Translations under genes and position numbers: made by a program | In this document: piece after piece, positions 15,992 to 24,256 of the stretch | Layout: every line of letters begins with the position of its first letter | Position numbering within the stretch: position 1 is the stretch's first letter | DNA from: Verrucomicrobiota bacterium | Lineage (GTDB): Bacteria; Verrucomicrobiota; Verrucomicrobiia; Opitutales; Cerasicoccaceae | Length of the DNA: 24,996 nucleotides | Reading direction: 5' to 3' | NCBI GenBank assembly: GCA_039818205.1 | Contig: JBCBUK010000028.1 | Location: 1-24,996 of the forward strand | Notes under the pieces: model-generated | The model's database searches: none | What the model saw: only the letters and a program-made list of their open reading frames with translations | What the model was told of the DNA's origin: nothing

Positions 15992-17813
15992 TCTGGATCG
16001 CGTTTATAGGGGTTGGGCTCCTCCGCCTGATTTGAAAGTTTCTGAGTGGGCGGCTGAGTTCCGGCGCCTGTCGCCAGAAGGAAGCGCCGAGGTCGGGCGA
16101 TGGCGAAACGAACGGACGCCTTATGTCGTTGAGATCATGGACTGCGTCAATGATCCAACAATTGAGCGCATCGTCCTTAAGACATCAGCCCAGATCGGTA
16201 AGACTGAGTTTGCAAATAATGTCGTTGGATACTACGCGCACCAAGATCCATGTTCGATGCTTATGGTTCAACCGACTGAATCCATGGCGAAGTCATGGGT
16301 TGGGGAGCGTGCGAATCCTATGTTTCGCGATTGCCCCTGTTTTGAAGGGATGCTGACTGAAGACAACTTGATGCACAAGGCCTTTCCGGGTGGTTTCCTT
16401 GCGGTTGGTTATGCGAAATCGGCGGCGTCCCTGGCGTCAAGGCCTATTCGGGTTCTATTGCTCGATGAGGTGGATCGATACGACCTCAAGGTCAAAGATG
16501 AAGGCGACCCTGTTAACCAGGCTATCACGCGCACGAAGACGTTTCACAATAAGAAAATCATCGCGGTTAGCACTCCTAAGCTAAAGGGAAGCAGCCGGAT
16601 CGATGCGCTGTATTCTGAAACAGATCAGCGAATCTATTTGGTGCTTTGCCCGAAGTGCGGAGATCATAGCCCTTTGAAATGGGAAGATATCAAGTTTGAT
16701 CCTGGTAGCCCAAAGGATTCTGCCGTTTGGGTCTGCCCCAAGTGCACTAAAGAAATTGAGCACAGACATAAGCGGGAGATGTTAAGAGCTGGACGCTGGG
16801 AGGCGCAACAGCCATTCAATGGATTTGCCGGCTTTCATATTAACGAGCTTTATTCCCCATGGGTGACTTGGGGTGAAGTTGCCGCCTCATACCTGAGCGC
16901 AAAGCGCACCGATGAGACCTTGCAAACCTGGCATAACTTAAGCATGGGTGAGAGCTACGAACCCAAGACTGAACGGGTTGATAGTAGCACGCTATCGGGG
17001 CTCAAGGAAGGTTACACAAGTAGGTTGCTGCCGAAAGGCGTTCTGTGGCTCGTTGCTGGTGTTGATACGCAAGCGGATCGTTTCGAGGTTGATGTTTGGG
17101 GTTATGGGTTGGGCGAAGAGCTATGGCATATTGAAACCGAAATAATTCTTGGAGACCCCAAGAATAAATCAACGCAAGACAGTCTTGATAAGTATCTGCT
17201 TAATAAGTGGCCCGTTGACGGATACGGCGACTTAGAGCTTGGTGCTGCGTTTGTTGACAGTGGTGGCAATCGAACCAAGTCAGTTTATGACTATGTCCGA
17301 GGCAAGGCCGGGAGAAAGATTTTCGCTATCAAGGGTGCAAGCTCTGAAGATCCATTTGACCGGAACGTCGAAGTCTTGAAGCAAGGCTATTCGAAAAAGT
17401 ATCGATGCAGCTTGGTGATAGTGCACGTTTCAAAGCTCAAATATCAAATTTACTCTCAATTCAAAAAGGCAATATCAGTTTGCAACAATGATTCTCTTGA
17501 TAGCGGGGGGGCGGGCTATGTTCATTTTTCATCCGCCAGTGACTCTGAGTTTTTCCAGTCGTTATCATCCGAGAAACTATCGCGCAAAACCGTCAACGGT
17601 CGGCATCGGTATTTTTGGGAAAAAGAGTATGAGCGAAACGAGCGCCTTGATAATGTCGTTTATGCGCGGGCAGCGTTTATGCAGTTCAAGCCAGACTTGA
17701 AAAAAATAGAACAAATGCGGGAAGAAAGAGTTAATAAAGTCGTGAACTCTCCAGAAAAAAAGAAGAAAACCGCGACAAGGTCCAAACGAAAGAACTGGGC
17801 AACTTCCTTTTGA
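15981..17813 (+). CDS. terL: Terminase large subunit (lambda gpA family)
   Basis: PPPDLKVSEWA, TSAQIGKTE, LLDEVDRY, VSTP, CPKC zinc motifs, GVDTQ, VDSGG, RNERLD. Confidence 0.97.
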   Translation: MLFDLDRVYRGWAPPPDLKVSEWAAEFRRLSPEGSAEVGRWRNERTPYVVEIMDCVNDPTIERIVLKTSAQIGKTEFANNVVGYYAHQDPCSMLMVQPTESMAKSWVGERANPMFRDCPCFEGMLTEDNLMHKAFPGGFLAVGYAKSAASLASRPIRVLLLDEVDRYDLKVKDEGDPVNQAITRTKTFHNKKIIAVSTPKLKGSSRIDALYSETDQRIYLVLCPKCGDHSPLKWEDIKFDPGSPKDSAVWVCPKCTKEIEHRHKREMLRAGRWEAQQPFNGFAGFHINELYSPWVTWGEVAASYLSAKRTDETLQTWHNLSMGESYEPKTERVDSSTLSGLKEGYTSRLLPKGVLWLVAGVDTQADRFEVDVWGYGLGEELWHIETEIILGDPKNKSTQDSLDKYLLNKWPVDGYGDLELGAAFVDSGGNRTKSVYDYVRGKAGRKIFAIKGASSEDPFDRNVEVLKQGYSKKYRCSLVIVHVSKLKYQIYSQFKKAISVCNNDSLDSGGAGYVHFSSASDSEFFQSLSSEKLSRKTVNGRHRYFWEKEYERNERLDNVVYARAAFMQFKPDLKKIEQMREERVNKVVNSPEKKKKTATRSKRKNWATSF

Positions 17814-17816
17814 GCC

Positions 17817-17840
17817 AGCCACAGGCGGTAGACTTACAGA
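17817..17840 (+). promoter_or_regulatory. Putative late promoter (copy 1)
   Basis: AGCCACA-GGCGG-TAGACT, 6 nt before GTG 17841. Confidence 0.6.
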
Positions 17841-18428
17841 GTGAGTCACTACCAGAAGCAAAGTCCAGAGCCTTCCGTCATTTATGCGAAGACTTCCATT
17901 TTTTGGAAGCGCACAATTGATGCGGTCTATATCGACGGCGTTCTTGTGGCGAGCGCTCTGGCAGGCGAGGGATATACCGCCGTATATGAAATGCGCAACG
18001 AAAGCGGGTTGATCGTCATTAACACCGGCGGGAGTGGCCGGGTGTATGCAGTCAGTGAGAGCAGCGTCACAACCGAAGCCTACGCTGGCGGCGAATATAC
18101 CTGGCAGTTGTTCTTGGTGAATGGCGATGATCGCTGGCTTATCGATGAAGGCACAATGAAGATCGTTGGTTATTCTGCGACAGGCCAAGATAACCGGAGC
18201 CAGGTGAAGCGGATTCTTGACGCTATCAATGCCACTATTGAAGGCCGAGCTTCGCGGGCCGACATGGAATACAGTATCCAGACCGGATCCGGTAGTCGCA
18301 GCATCAAACACGCTTCAATGGAAGAACTTATCAAGGCCCGGTCTCATTTCTCGGCTCTTTACCATGCGGAACAAGCAAGATCAGGAAAGCGCCGGTCTAT
18401 CATTAAATCTCGATTCTGCAATAGATGA
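17841..18428 (+). CDS. Head-tail adaptor (gpW-like C-terminus with N-terminal beta domain)
   Basis: ILDAINATIEGRAS..MEYSI..GSRSIKHASMEELIKAR. It lies between terL and portal. Confidence 0.75.
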   Translation: MSHYQKQSPEPSVIYAKTSIFWKRTIDAVYIDGVLVASALAGEGYTAVYEMRNESGLIVINTGGSGRVYAVSESSVTTEAYAGGEYTWQLFLVNGDDRWLIDEGTMKIVGYSATGQDNRSQVKRILDAINATIEGRASRADMEYSIQTGSGSRSIKHASMEELIKARSHFSALYHAEQARSGKRRSIIKSRFCNR

Positions 18429-19945
18429 GCAATAAGCGCCAAAATAGGGAAGTTCGTCAATTCGTAGCTAGTTTGCATCCGGGCTTCAAGGGGGCAAATG
18501 ATGAAAACCTAGCAGACTGGGTAACGTCACCGATCGATATCAACGATGTCCTGCGGTTCGATCTGTGGAAGCTTCGTGCTCGTTCACGCGATATGGCGAT
18601 GAACGATGACACAGCTAAGCGATTTCTGAATCTTCTAAAGCAGAATGTCCTAGGCCATATGGGTATTCGATTGCAGATGAGGAACAAAAAGAAGAATGGA
18701 AAACCAGACAAGGCCTTGAATGACAGCATTGAAACGGCCTGGAAGTCTTTCTGTAAGAAGCGTCGATATCGCGGACAGTCAGCCAGCCCAACCGCGTGCG
18801 GATCCATGAGTATGCGCGAATTTCAATGGCTACGTCTTTGGATGCGCATTATCGATGGGGAGACTTTTACTCAAATTCTTCGCGGGTATCCTCATAATAA
18901 GCAGCGATTCGCTATGAGGCTTATCAATCCAGATCTTCTTGATACCGGATATTGTGCGACCGAAAAGGAGTCGAGGAATGGTAATCGCATCGATATGGGT
19001 ATTGAATTCGATGAATTCGATCGCCCAGTTGCTTATCATTTCAGCAAGCTAACCAACAGCGGAACGATAAGTAAGCGAAGTCAGGACCGCATAAGAATTC
19101 CAGCCGATCAGATTATTCATGACTTTCGGCATGAATACGTAGGTCAGATTCGCGGGATCCCTGATTTTGCTTGCGTGATGCCTAAGCAAAAAATGCTTCA
19201 TGGCGTGCATGAGGCTATTGTTATCGGGTGGCGTGTTGCCGCAGCAAAAATGGGCTTCTTTACTGTGAATGACCCTGAAGCCGGATTCGATACCGGTAAA
19301 TATGATGAATTTGGAAATATGGTAATTGATGCTGTGCCAGGAAGCTTCGAGGCGCTCCCTCCTGGTGTTGACATTAAAGATTTTTCACAGGAATACCCGA
19401 CGTCAACTTACGAATCGGGTCACAAGGTGTTCATGCAACAGCTTGCAAACGGATTGAATATTAGTTCTCCGACGCTAGCAAATAACTACGAGGGCGTAAA
19501 TTATTCTTCGCTTCGCCAGGCGATGCTCACCGATCGCGACGCCTTCCAGTGTTTGCAGGCCGAAATGGAAGATAACGGTTATCAGCCAATTTTTGACGAA
19601 TGGTATGATTGGAACGTAAATGTCATGGGAACGGTTCGTATTCCTGAGTCCAAGCGAGACATTGAGCCTGAATCCGAATGGCAAGCTCGCGGCTGGCCTT
19701 GGGTTGATCCGCTCAAGGAAGTCAACGCGCAGAAAGTCGCGGTAGATGAGAAGTTCCGAACCCGCCAGAGCGTAATTGCTGAAACCTCGGGAGCCGATTT
19801 TGCAGACACCGCCGAGCAGCTTTCTGAAGAGGAAGAAATCCTGAAAATGCATGGTTTAGCAACAGCCAATAAGATGGATCCATCGAAACCAAACGACCAA
19901 GAAAGCGATGAATCCGAAGAAAAAGACCAAGACGAAGACGAATAG
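18425..19945 (+). CDS. Portal protein (lambda gpB family)
   Basis: LRARSRDM..ND, GIEFDEFDRPVAYH, GQIRGIP, VNYSSLR, WVDPLKE. Confidence 0.96.
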   Translation: MSNKRQNREVRQFVASLHPGFKGANDENLADWVTSPIDINDVLRFDLWKLRARSRDMAMNDDTAKRFLNLLKQNVLGHMGIRLQMRNKKKNGKPDKALNDSIETAWKSFCKKRRYRGQSASPTACGSMSMREFQWLRLWMRIIDGETFTQILRGYPHNKQRFAMRLINPDLLDTGYCATEKESRNGNRIDMGIEFDEFDRPVAYHFSKLTNSGTISKRSQDRIRIPADQIIHDFRHEYVGQIRGIPDFACVMPKQKMLHGVHEAIVIGWRVAAAKMGFFTVNDPEAGFDTGKYDEFGNMVIDAVPGSFEALPPGVDIKDFSQEYPTSTYESGHKVFMQQLANGLNISSPTLANNYEGVNYSSLRQAMLTDRDAFQCLQAEMEDNGYQPIFDEWYDWNVNVMGTVRIPESKRDIEPESEWQARGWPWVDPLKEVNAQKVAVDEKFRTRQSVIAETSGADFADTAEQLSEEEEILKMHGLATANKMDPSKPNDQESDESEEKDQDEDE

Positions 19946-21026
19946 CTACTTCAATATCTCTAATCGTGTTGATGGTGAGCCTCGGGCTATTAAGATCCAT
20001 GATGAGATTGGCGGCTGGGGACTTTGGGCTCAAGAGTTCATGGCCGAGCTAAACGAGATCGAGGATTCCGAGATCGAGATCGATATCTTTTCCCCAGGTG
20101 GATCTATCGCTCATGGCCTTCAAATGGTAAAGGCTATAGAAAGTCACCCGGCAACTTTTACAGCCAAGATCGATAGCCTAGCAGGATCGATGGCAACTGG
20201 CCTCGCTTCAGTATGCGACAAAGTAGTCGCTAGCCGATTTGCAACTTACTGGATTCATCGCGCTCAGGGCGTCGCTATGGGCGATGCCGACGAACTCAGT
20301 AATGCGGGCGAAGACCTAGCGAAGCTCGAGGTCAAATTGATTGACATCTACGAAGCCAAATCTGGCGCTGATCGCGATCAGATTGCCCAATGGATGTCAG
20401 AGGATCGCCCCTGGACAGCTGAAGAGGCCAAAGAGCGAGGTTTCATTGATGAGATCTACGACGAGGATTCGGACGAATCTACGAACCGAATCACGCCCGC
20501 ACTAATTGAGGCCGTGGCGAAAATTTCAAATTCCACGCCGCCGCAACCGCGCGGCAAAACAACAAAACCAAAATCACAAGCGACCATGACACCTGAAGAA
20601 ATCCAGGCCATGAAAGACGAGAATGCTCGTCTCAAAACTTCCGAGCAGGAAGCGAAAACCCAGCTTGCGGCGGCGAACAACACACAGAACGCTGCCGTTG
20701 AAGCTGCCCTTAAAAAAGACCGTGAGCGCACCTCGCAGATTAACGAACTTGGATCTAAGTTCGGCTTTAAGGCTGAAGCCAAGAAGTTTGCCGATGAGGG
20801 CAAGTCCGTTGAGGAGTTTCAGGCTCATATCCTTAACAAGTCTCCCGACGACTGGCAAAACAGCCTCAAGGTGAAAAACCCTTCCCATCAGCGCAATCAA
20901 GCTGACGAGGATGGCGACGGATCCGATCCAATTGCAAAACTGGAAAAGGAAATTGAGAACGCCAAGACACCGCTTGATGCGGGGCGCGCTGGCAAAGCCA
21001 TGCTTGACCAAATTCGCAAGAAGTAA
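19908..21026 (+). CDS. ClpP-type prohead protease with C-terminal scaffold domain
   Basis: IFSPGGS, IDSLAGSMAT (Ser), WIHRA (His), TAEEAKERGFIDEI, followed by a coiled-coil C-terminus. Confidence 0.92.
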   Translation: MNPKKKTKTKTNSYFNISNRVDGEPRAIKIHDEIGGWGLWAQEFMAELNEIEDSEIEIDIFSPGGSIAHGLQMVKAIESHPATFTAKIDSLAGSMATGLASVCDKVVASRFATYWIHRAQGVAMGDADELSNAGEDLAKLEVKLIDIYEAKSGADRDQIAQWMSEDRPWTAEEAKERGFIDEIYDEDSDESTNRITPALIEAVAKISNSTPPQPRGKTTKPKSQATMTPEEIQAMKDENARLKTSEQEAKTQLAAANNTQNAAVEAALKKDRERTSQINELGSKFGFKAEAKKFADEGKSVEEFQAHILNKSPDDWQNSLKVKNPSHQRNQADEDGDGSDPIAKLEKEIENAKTPLDAGRAGKAMLDQIRKK

Positions 21027-21072
21027 GCGGTTTCGTTTAGTTCATCAAACCTAACTCAAATCATTCATAGCA

Positions 21073-22014
21073 ATGCCTACACTTAGTGTTCCACTTATCG
21101 CCGCAATGTTCTTCGAGCGCTTTCGAATTCATGCGGGTCCTATCATGTCGCTTGCAACAGATTTTTCTGCTGAGCGCGCCAAGAAGGGCCAACAAATCAT
21201 CGCCCGCGTTGGTCAGACTCCGTCTGCGCCGCAAGACTACGATTCGACCGATGGCTTTTTCCCAACGCCGGACGATGCAAAGTCCCTGCTGGTCGATGTT
21301 CCAATTACCATGGATCAATTCAAGACGGTCCCAATTGAGATTCCGCTAGCGGATTCAATTGAAGCCACAATTGATTTAATGCAGGGAACAGTTGATTCGG
21401 CTGCTGAGGTTCTTGGAAAGGCAATCTTTGACCATGCAATGGCAACGATTCTAGCGGCCAACTTCAGCGGTGCCACCGTCCTTCCCGCCGCCGACAGTGA
21501 CTACGACATGCTCGAAACGGTGCGGAAAGCCCTGAACGCGCAAGGCGCTGGGCGGTCTGGTCGATTTGGCTTCGTGTCACCTGATGTGTTCACTGCGCTT
21601 GACGATGATGCACGAATCACAAGCAAAGATTATCGTGGGCAGACCTCTGATAATGCCTATGGGTCCTTTGTTGGATTGAAGGGATTCCAGAACATTTGGG
21701 AATACCCAGATATGCCGGCCACTGGAAACCTTTCTGCATTCTTCGGTAACAAGTCTGCAATCGCCGTTGCATCTCGCCTACCAGCTGACATTGGCGAATA
21801 TGCGAATCGTCTTGGTGTCGTTCAAACTGTTCGGATGACACCAATCACCGATGAGGAAACCGGAATTACGCTTTTGTTTGTTACCAGCCAGAACAATAAG
21901 ACCGGTGACCTTCAGGTTGCTGTTGCAGCGATTTACGGCGCTGCCGCAGGGAAGCAAGGCGGTGCAAATGGCTCCATCATGGACAATGCAGGGCACCGCC
22001 TGGTAACTGCATAA
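21073..22014 (+). CDS. Major capsid protein
   Basis: 313 aa after the protease and before a terminator. VPITMDQFKTVP and RFGFVSPDVFTAL segments are typical of HK97-fold coats. Confidence 0.85.
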   Translation: MPTLSVPLIAAMFFERFRIHAGPIMSLATDFSAERAKKGQQIIARVGQTPSAPQDYDSTDGFFPTPDDAKSLLVDVPITMDQFKTVPIEIPLADSIEATIDLMQGTVDSAAEVLGKAIFDHAMATILAANFSGATVLPAADSDYDMLETVRKALNAQGAGRSGRFGFVSPDVFTALDDDARITSKDYRGQTSDNAYGSFVGLKGFQNIWEYPDMPATGNLSAFFGNKSAIAVASRLPADIGEYANRLGVVQTVRMTPITDEETGITLLFVTSQNNKTGDLQVAVAAIYGAAAGKQGGANGSIMDNAGHRLVTA

Positions 22015-22034
22015 AGATTAAATGGAAAATTTTC

Positions 22035-22069
22035 AGGCCCGCATTCTGTCAGTGTGCGGGCCTTTTTTT
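22035..22069 (+). terminator. Rho-independent terminator after the capsid gene
   Basis: AGGCCCGCA / TGCGGGCCT stem followed by a T run. Confidence 0.92.
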
Positions 22070-22074
22070 GCCTT

Positions 22075-22098
22075 AGCCACACCAATTAGAATACAATC
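22075..22098 (+). promoter_or_regulatory. Putative late promoter (copy 2)
   Basis: AGCCACA-CCAAT-TAGAAT immediately after the terminator, 6 nt before ATG 22099. Confidence 0.65.
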
Positions 22099-22524
22099 AT
22101 GAAGCATTTTATTATCAAAGGATTCAAGGGTCAGAGCAAAACCGAGATCGGCCAGACTCTTTTTGAATGTTCGAAGCGCAGCGAAGCTAATGGCTTTATC
22201 GCTGAAAATGATCTGAGCGAGTTTGCTCGAATCGAACTTGGAGTCTTTACCCGCCTCAAGAAGTGGAATGGCTCTCATCGTCAGCCTGAGGATTCGGCCA
22301 ATGAAGACGAGGCATTGCTTGATGATCTCGAAGGCGATGTTGATGATTCGGATTTCGAGGCAGAGGCAGAGGCAGAGGTAGAGGCAGAGGTAGTCGCAAC
22401 ACTCGCCGGAGAGCTGGCGAAGCTCGACAAGGTAACGAAAGAGGATGCGGCCCGCCTGTCGGCTCAGTTTGGTGTAAGTGAGCCGACAGTTCGCCGTCAC
22501 TTTAGCAAAATCAAGCAAGGCTAA
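22099..22524 (+). CDS. Hypothetical protein with acidic linker and C-terminal HTH-like segment
   Basis: AARLSAQFGVSEPTVRRHFSKI. Six GAGGYA repeats at 22357-22392 encode EAEAEAEVEAEV. Confidence 0.75.
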   Translation: MKHFIIKGFKGQSKTEIGQTLFECSKRSEANGFIAENDLSEFARIELGVFTRLKKWNGSHRQPEDSANEDEALLDDLEGDVDDSDFEAEAEAEVEAEVVATLAGELAKLDKVTKEDAARLSAQFGVSEPTVRRHFSKIKQG

Positions 22525-22835
22525 TGGCCTTCGAAGAAGATTTTAGTTCGTTCATGAACCCCGCCGACGGTTTTAGCGTTCGCGCAACCGTTGGCGGGGC
22601 CTCCATTGATAGCGGCATCTTTGATGGTGGCTACGCGGGAAACAATGCAAGCATGTTCGGATCAGAGTCCACGGGTCCGACATTTACCTGCCCAATTCAG
22701 AAGCTAACCAACGGCTACGAGGAAGACACCGAAGTTGTTATCTTAGATGGCCCAAATGCTGGAAATTACTTGGTAAAGGACGATATGCCCGACGGCACTG
22801 GAATGATTACACTGGTATTAGTGAACGATGAATAA
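22524..22835 (+). CDS. Head-tail joining protein (gpFII-like)
   Basis: MAFEEDFSSF...GIFD...PTFTC...PDGTGMITLVL pattern, with matching size and position. Confidence 0.8.
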   Translation: MAFEEDFSSFMNPADGFSVRATVGGASIDSGIFDGGYAGNNASMFGSESTGPTFTCPIQKLTNGYEEDTEVVILDGPNAGNYLVKDDMPDGTGMITLVLVNDE

Positions 22836-23241
22836 GAAGGTAATTCGTGCAGCATTCAGGAATTTGCTGATTGATCAGTTGGGGCTTCCGGAATCAAAGG
22901 TTTTCACCAGTAAGTTTGACCGAGTAAAGGCCAATAGGCTACCAATAATTCGCATTGTCCCGTCTGCCGGGGATTCAGAGAGGGTCGCCAGTGGTAGCTA
23001 TGATGACTCCTACATCCTAGTGATTGAGGTAGAAGCAAAGAACACGCGCGCATTGCCGGTGGATGATTCGCTTGATGACTTCGTTGACCAGATAACTACT
23101 GCAATTCGGCTCGGAAGCATCGAGCTAGATGGCTTGCTTCATGACTATCAGGTAACCGGAAGTCGGTATACTTTCGATTCTGAAACCGGCGATGAAATTG
23201 GATCAGTTTCGATCGACGTCGAGTGCACGCTAAAGCCTTAA
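22828..23241 (+). CDS. Tail terminator (gpU-like)
   Basis: IRAAFRNLL...LPIIRI...LDDFVDQITTAI. It precedes the tail tube gene. Confidence 0.7.
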   Translation: MNKKVIRAAFRNLLIDQLGLPESKVFTSKFDRVKANRLPIIRIVPSAGDSERVASGSYDDSYILVIEVEAKNTRALPVDDSLDDFVDQITTAIRLGSIELDGLLHDYQVTGSRYTFDSETGDEIGSVSIDVECTLKP

Positions 23242-23257
23242 CCACAGGGACTAGAAT
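23240..23257 (+). promoter_or_regulatory. Putative late promoter (copy 3)
   Basis: AACCACA-GGGAC-TAGAAT upstream of the tail tube gene. Confidence 0.6.
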
Positions 23258-23298
23258 TGGGCTTTCAATAAACATTTCATTTCAAATCAGGAAATAGC

Positions 23299-23706
23299 AT
23301 GAAAGTTCACGGGAAAGACGGGATCGTCAAAGTTGGCGATCCAGCAGTAACAATGGCTGAGGTCGGTTCGTGGAACATGGACGACGACGCGGAAACCTCA
23401 AGCGGTTGGTCCAAGGGCGACGTAAACACGACCAACGAAACCACTGTGAAAACCCAAACGGGCTCAATCGAACTGCTCTTTGACCCAACTGATACAGCAG
23501 GCCAGGGAGCTGCGGTTCCAGGTGCAGAGCTTGACGTTGAGCTCTATCCAGGAACCCAGGAAGCGGGAGCCGTATACTACGGCGGAAAAGCTAAAATCAC
23601 TAGCGTTGGTATCTCCTCACCGAAAGGGGAATACGTTTCCAAAACTGTTGGTTTCGTCAACTCCGATGGGGCTGGCATCACGCCCCAAACAGTCGCCGCA
23701 CCTTAA
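23299..23706 (+). CDS. Major tail tube protein
   Basis: HGKDGIVKVG...EVGSW...TGSIELLFDPTDTAGQ...YYGGKAKITS, 135 aa. Confidence 0.85.
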   Translation: MKVHGKDGIVKVGDPAVTMAEVGSWNMDDDAETSSGWSKGDVNTTNETTVKTQTGSIELLFDPTDTAGQGAAVPGAELDVELYPGTQEAGAVYYGGKAKITSVGISSPKGEYVSKTVGFVNSDGAGITPQTVAAP

Positions 23707-23732
23707 CCAATCTCAACCCACTAGATCAAAAC

Positions 23733-24086
23733 ATGAACAACAATAGCACTGGACTAACTGCCGTTCTCGGCGAAATGGACCGCCTCGGAACCCAATCAAT
23801 TGAGGTCCCAGAGTGGAATACGGCTGATGGCGAGCCATTCTTTGTTTACTGGAAGCCGCTTTCTCTTGAGCAGGTTGCAAAGTATGTGGGCAAGAAGGCC
23901 AAGGACGCCAACGCGCGCATCATTTGCGACCATGCAACCACCGAAGATGGTGCGAAGCTTTTTTCGCCGAGCGATTTTCTGAAGGTGTCGAAATCGGGCC
24001 ATTTTAAGACAATCAATCGGATTGCATCAGCAATTATTGGTGAACCCGAAGAAGAGGAAGAGGGTGAAGAGCCCCCTTTAGACTAG
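23733..24086 (+). CDS. Tail assembly chaperone (gpG-like)
   Basis: IEVPEW...VYWKPLS...EDGAKLF. It lies between tail tube and tape measure and ends at a slippery site. Confidence 0.85.
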   Translation: MNNNSTGLTAVLGEMDRLGTQSIEVPEWNTADGEPFFVYWKPLSLEQVAKYVGKKAKDANARIICDHATTEDGAKLFSPSDFLKVSKSGHFKTINRIASAIIGEPEEEEEGEEPPLD

Positions 24087-24256
24087 CCATGGCGCGGGAT
24101 GCGCCGCCCATTCCAGGCAGCAAATACAATCTGTTTTGCCTGCACAGTTTAGCGAGTGAGAAGAACCTTAGAATTACGGAAGTATTATCTATGACGGAAT
24201 TTGAGATAGATCAATATTTCCAATACTTCGAAACACGTGGCGAAAAACGAAACTGA
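24077..24256 (+). CDS. gpT-like extension of the tail chaperone reached by -1 frameshift
   Basis: C CCT TTA heptamer at 24074-24080. The -1 frame reads FRLAMARDAPPIPGSKYNLFCLHSLASEKNLRITEVLSMTEFEIDQYFQYFETRGEKRN to TGA 24256. Confidence 0.8.
   Translation, partial: FRLAMARDAPPIPGSKYNLFCLHSLASEKNLRITEVLSMTEFEIDQYFQYFETRGEKRN

Noticed and set aside
17577..21011. Long minus-strand ORFs (for example 17577-18311, 20574-21011)
   Set aside because: They lie wholly opposite well-supported structural genes and have no recognisable motifs.
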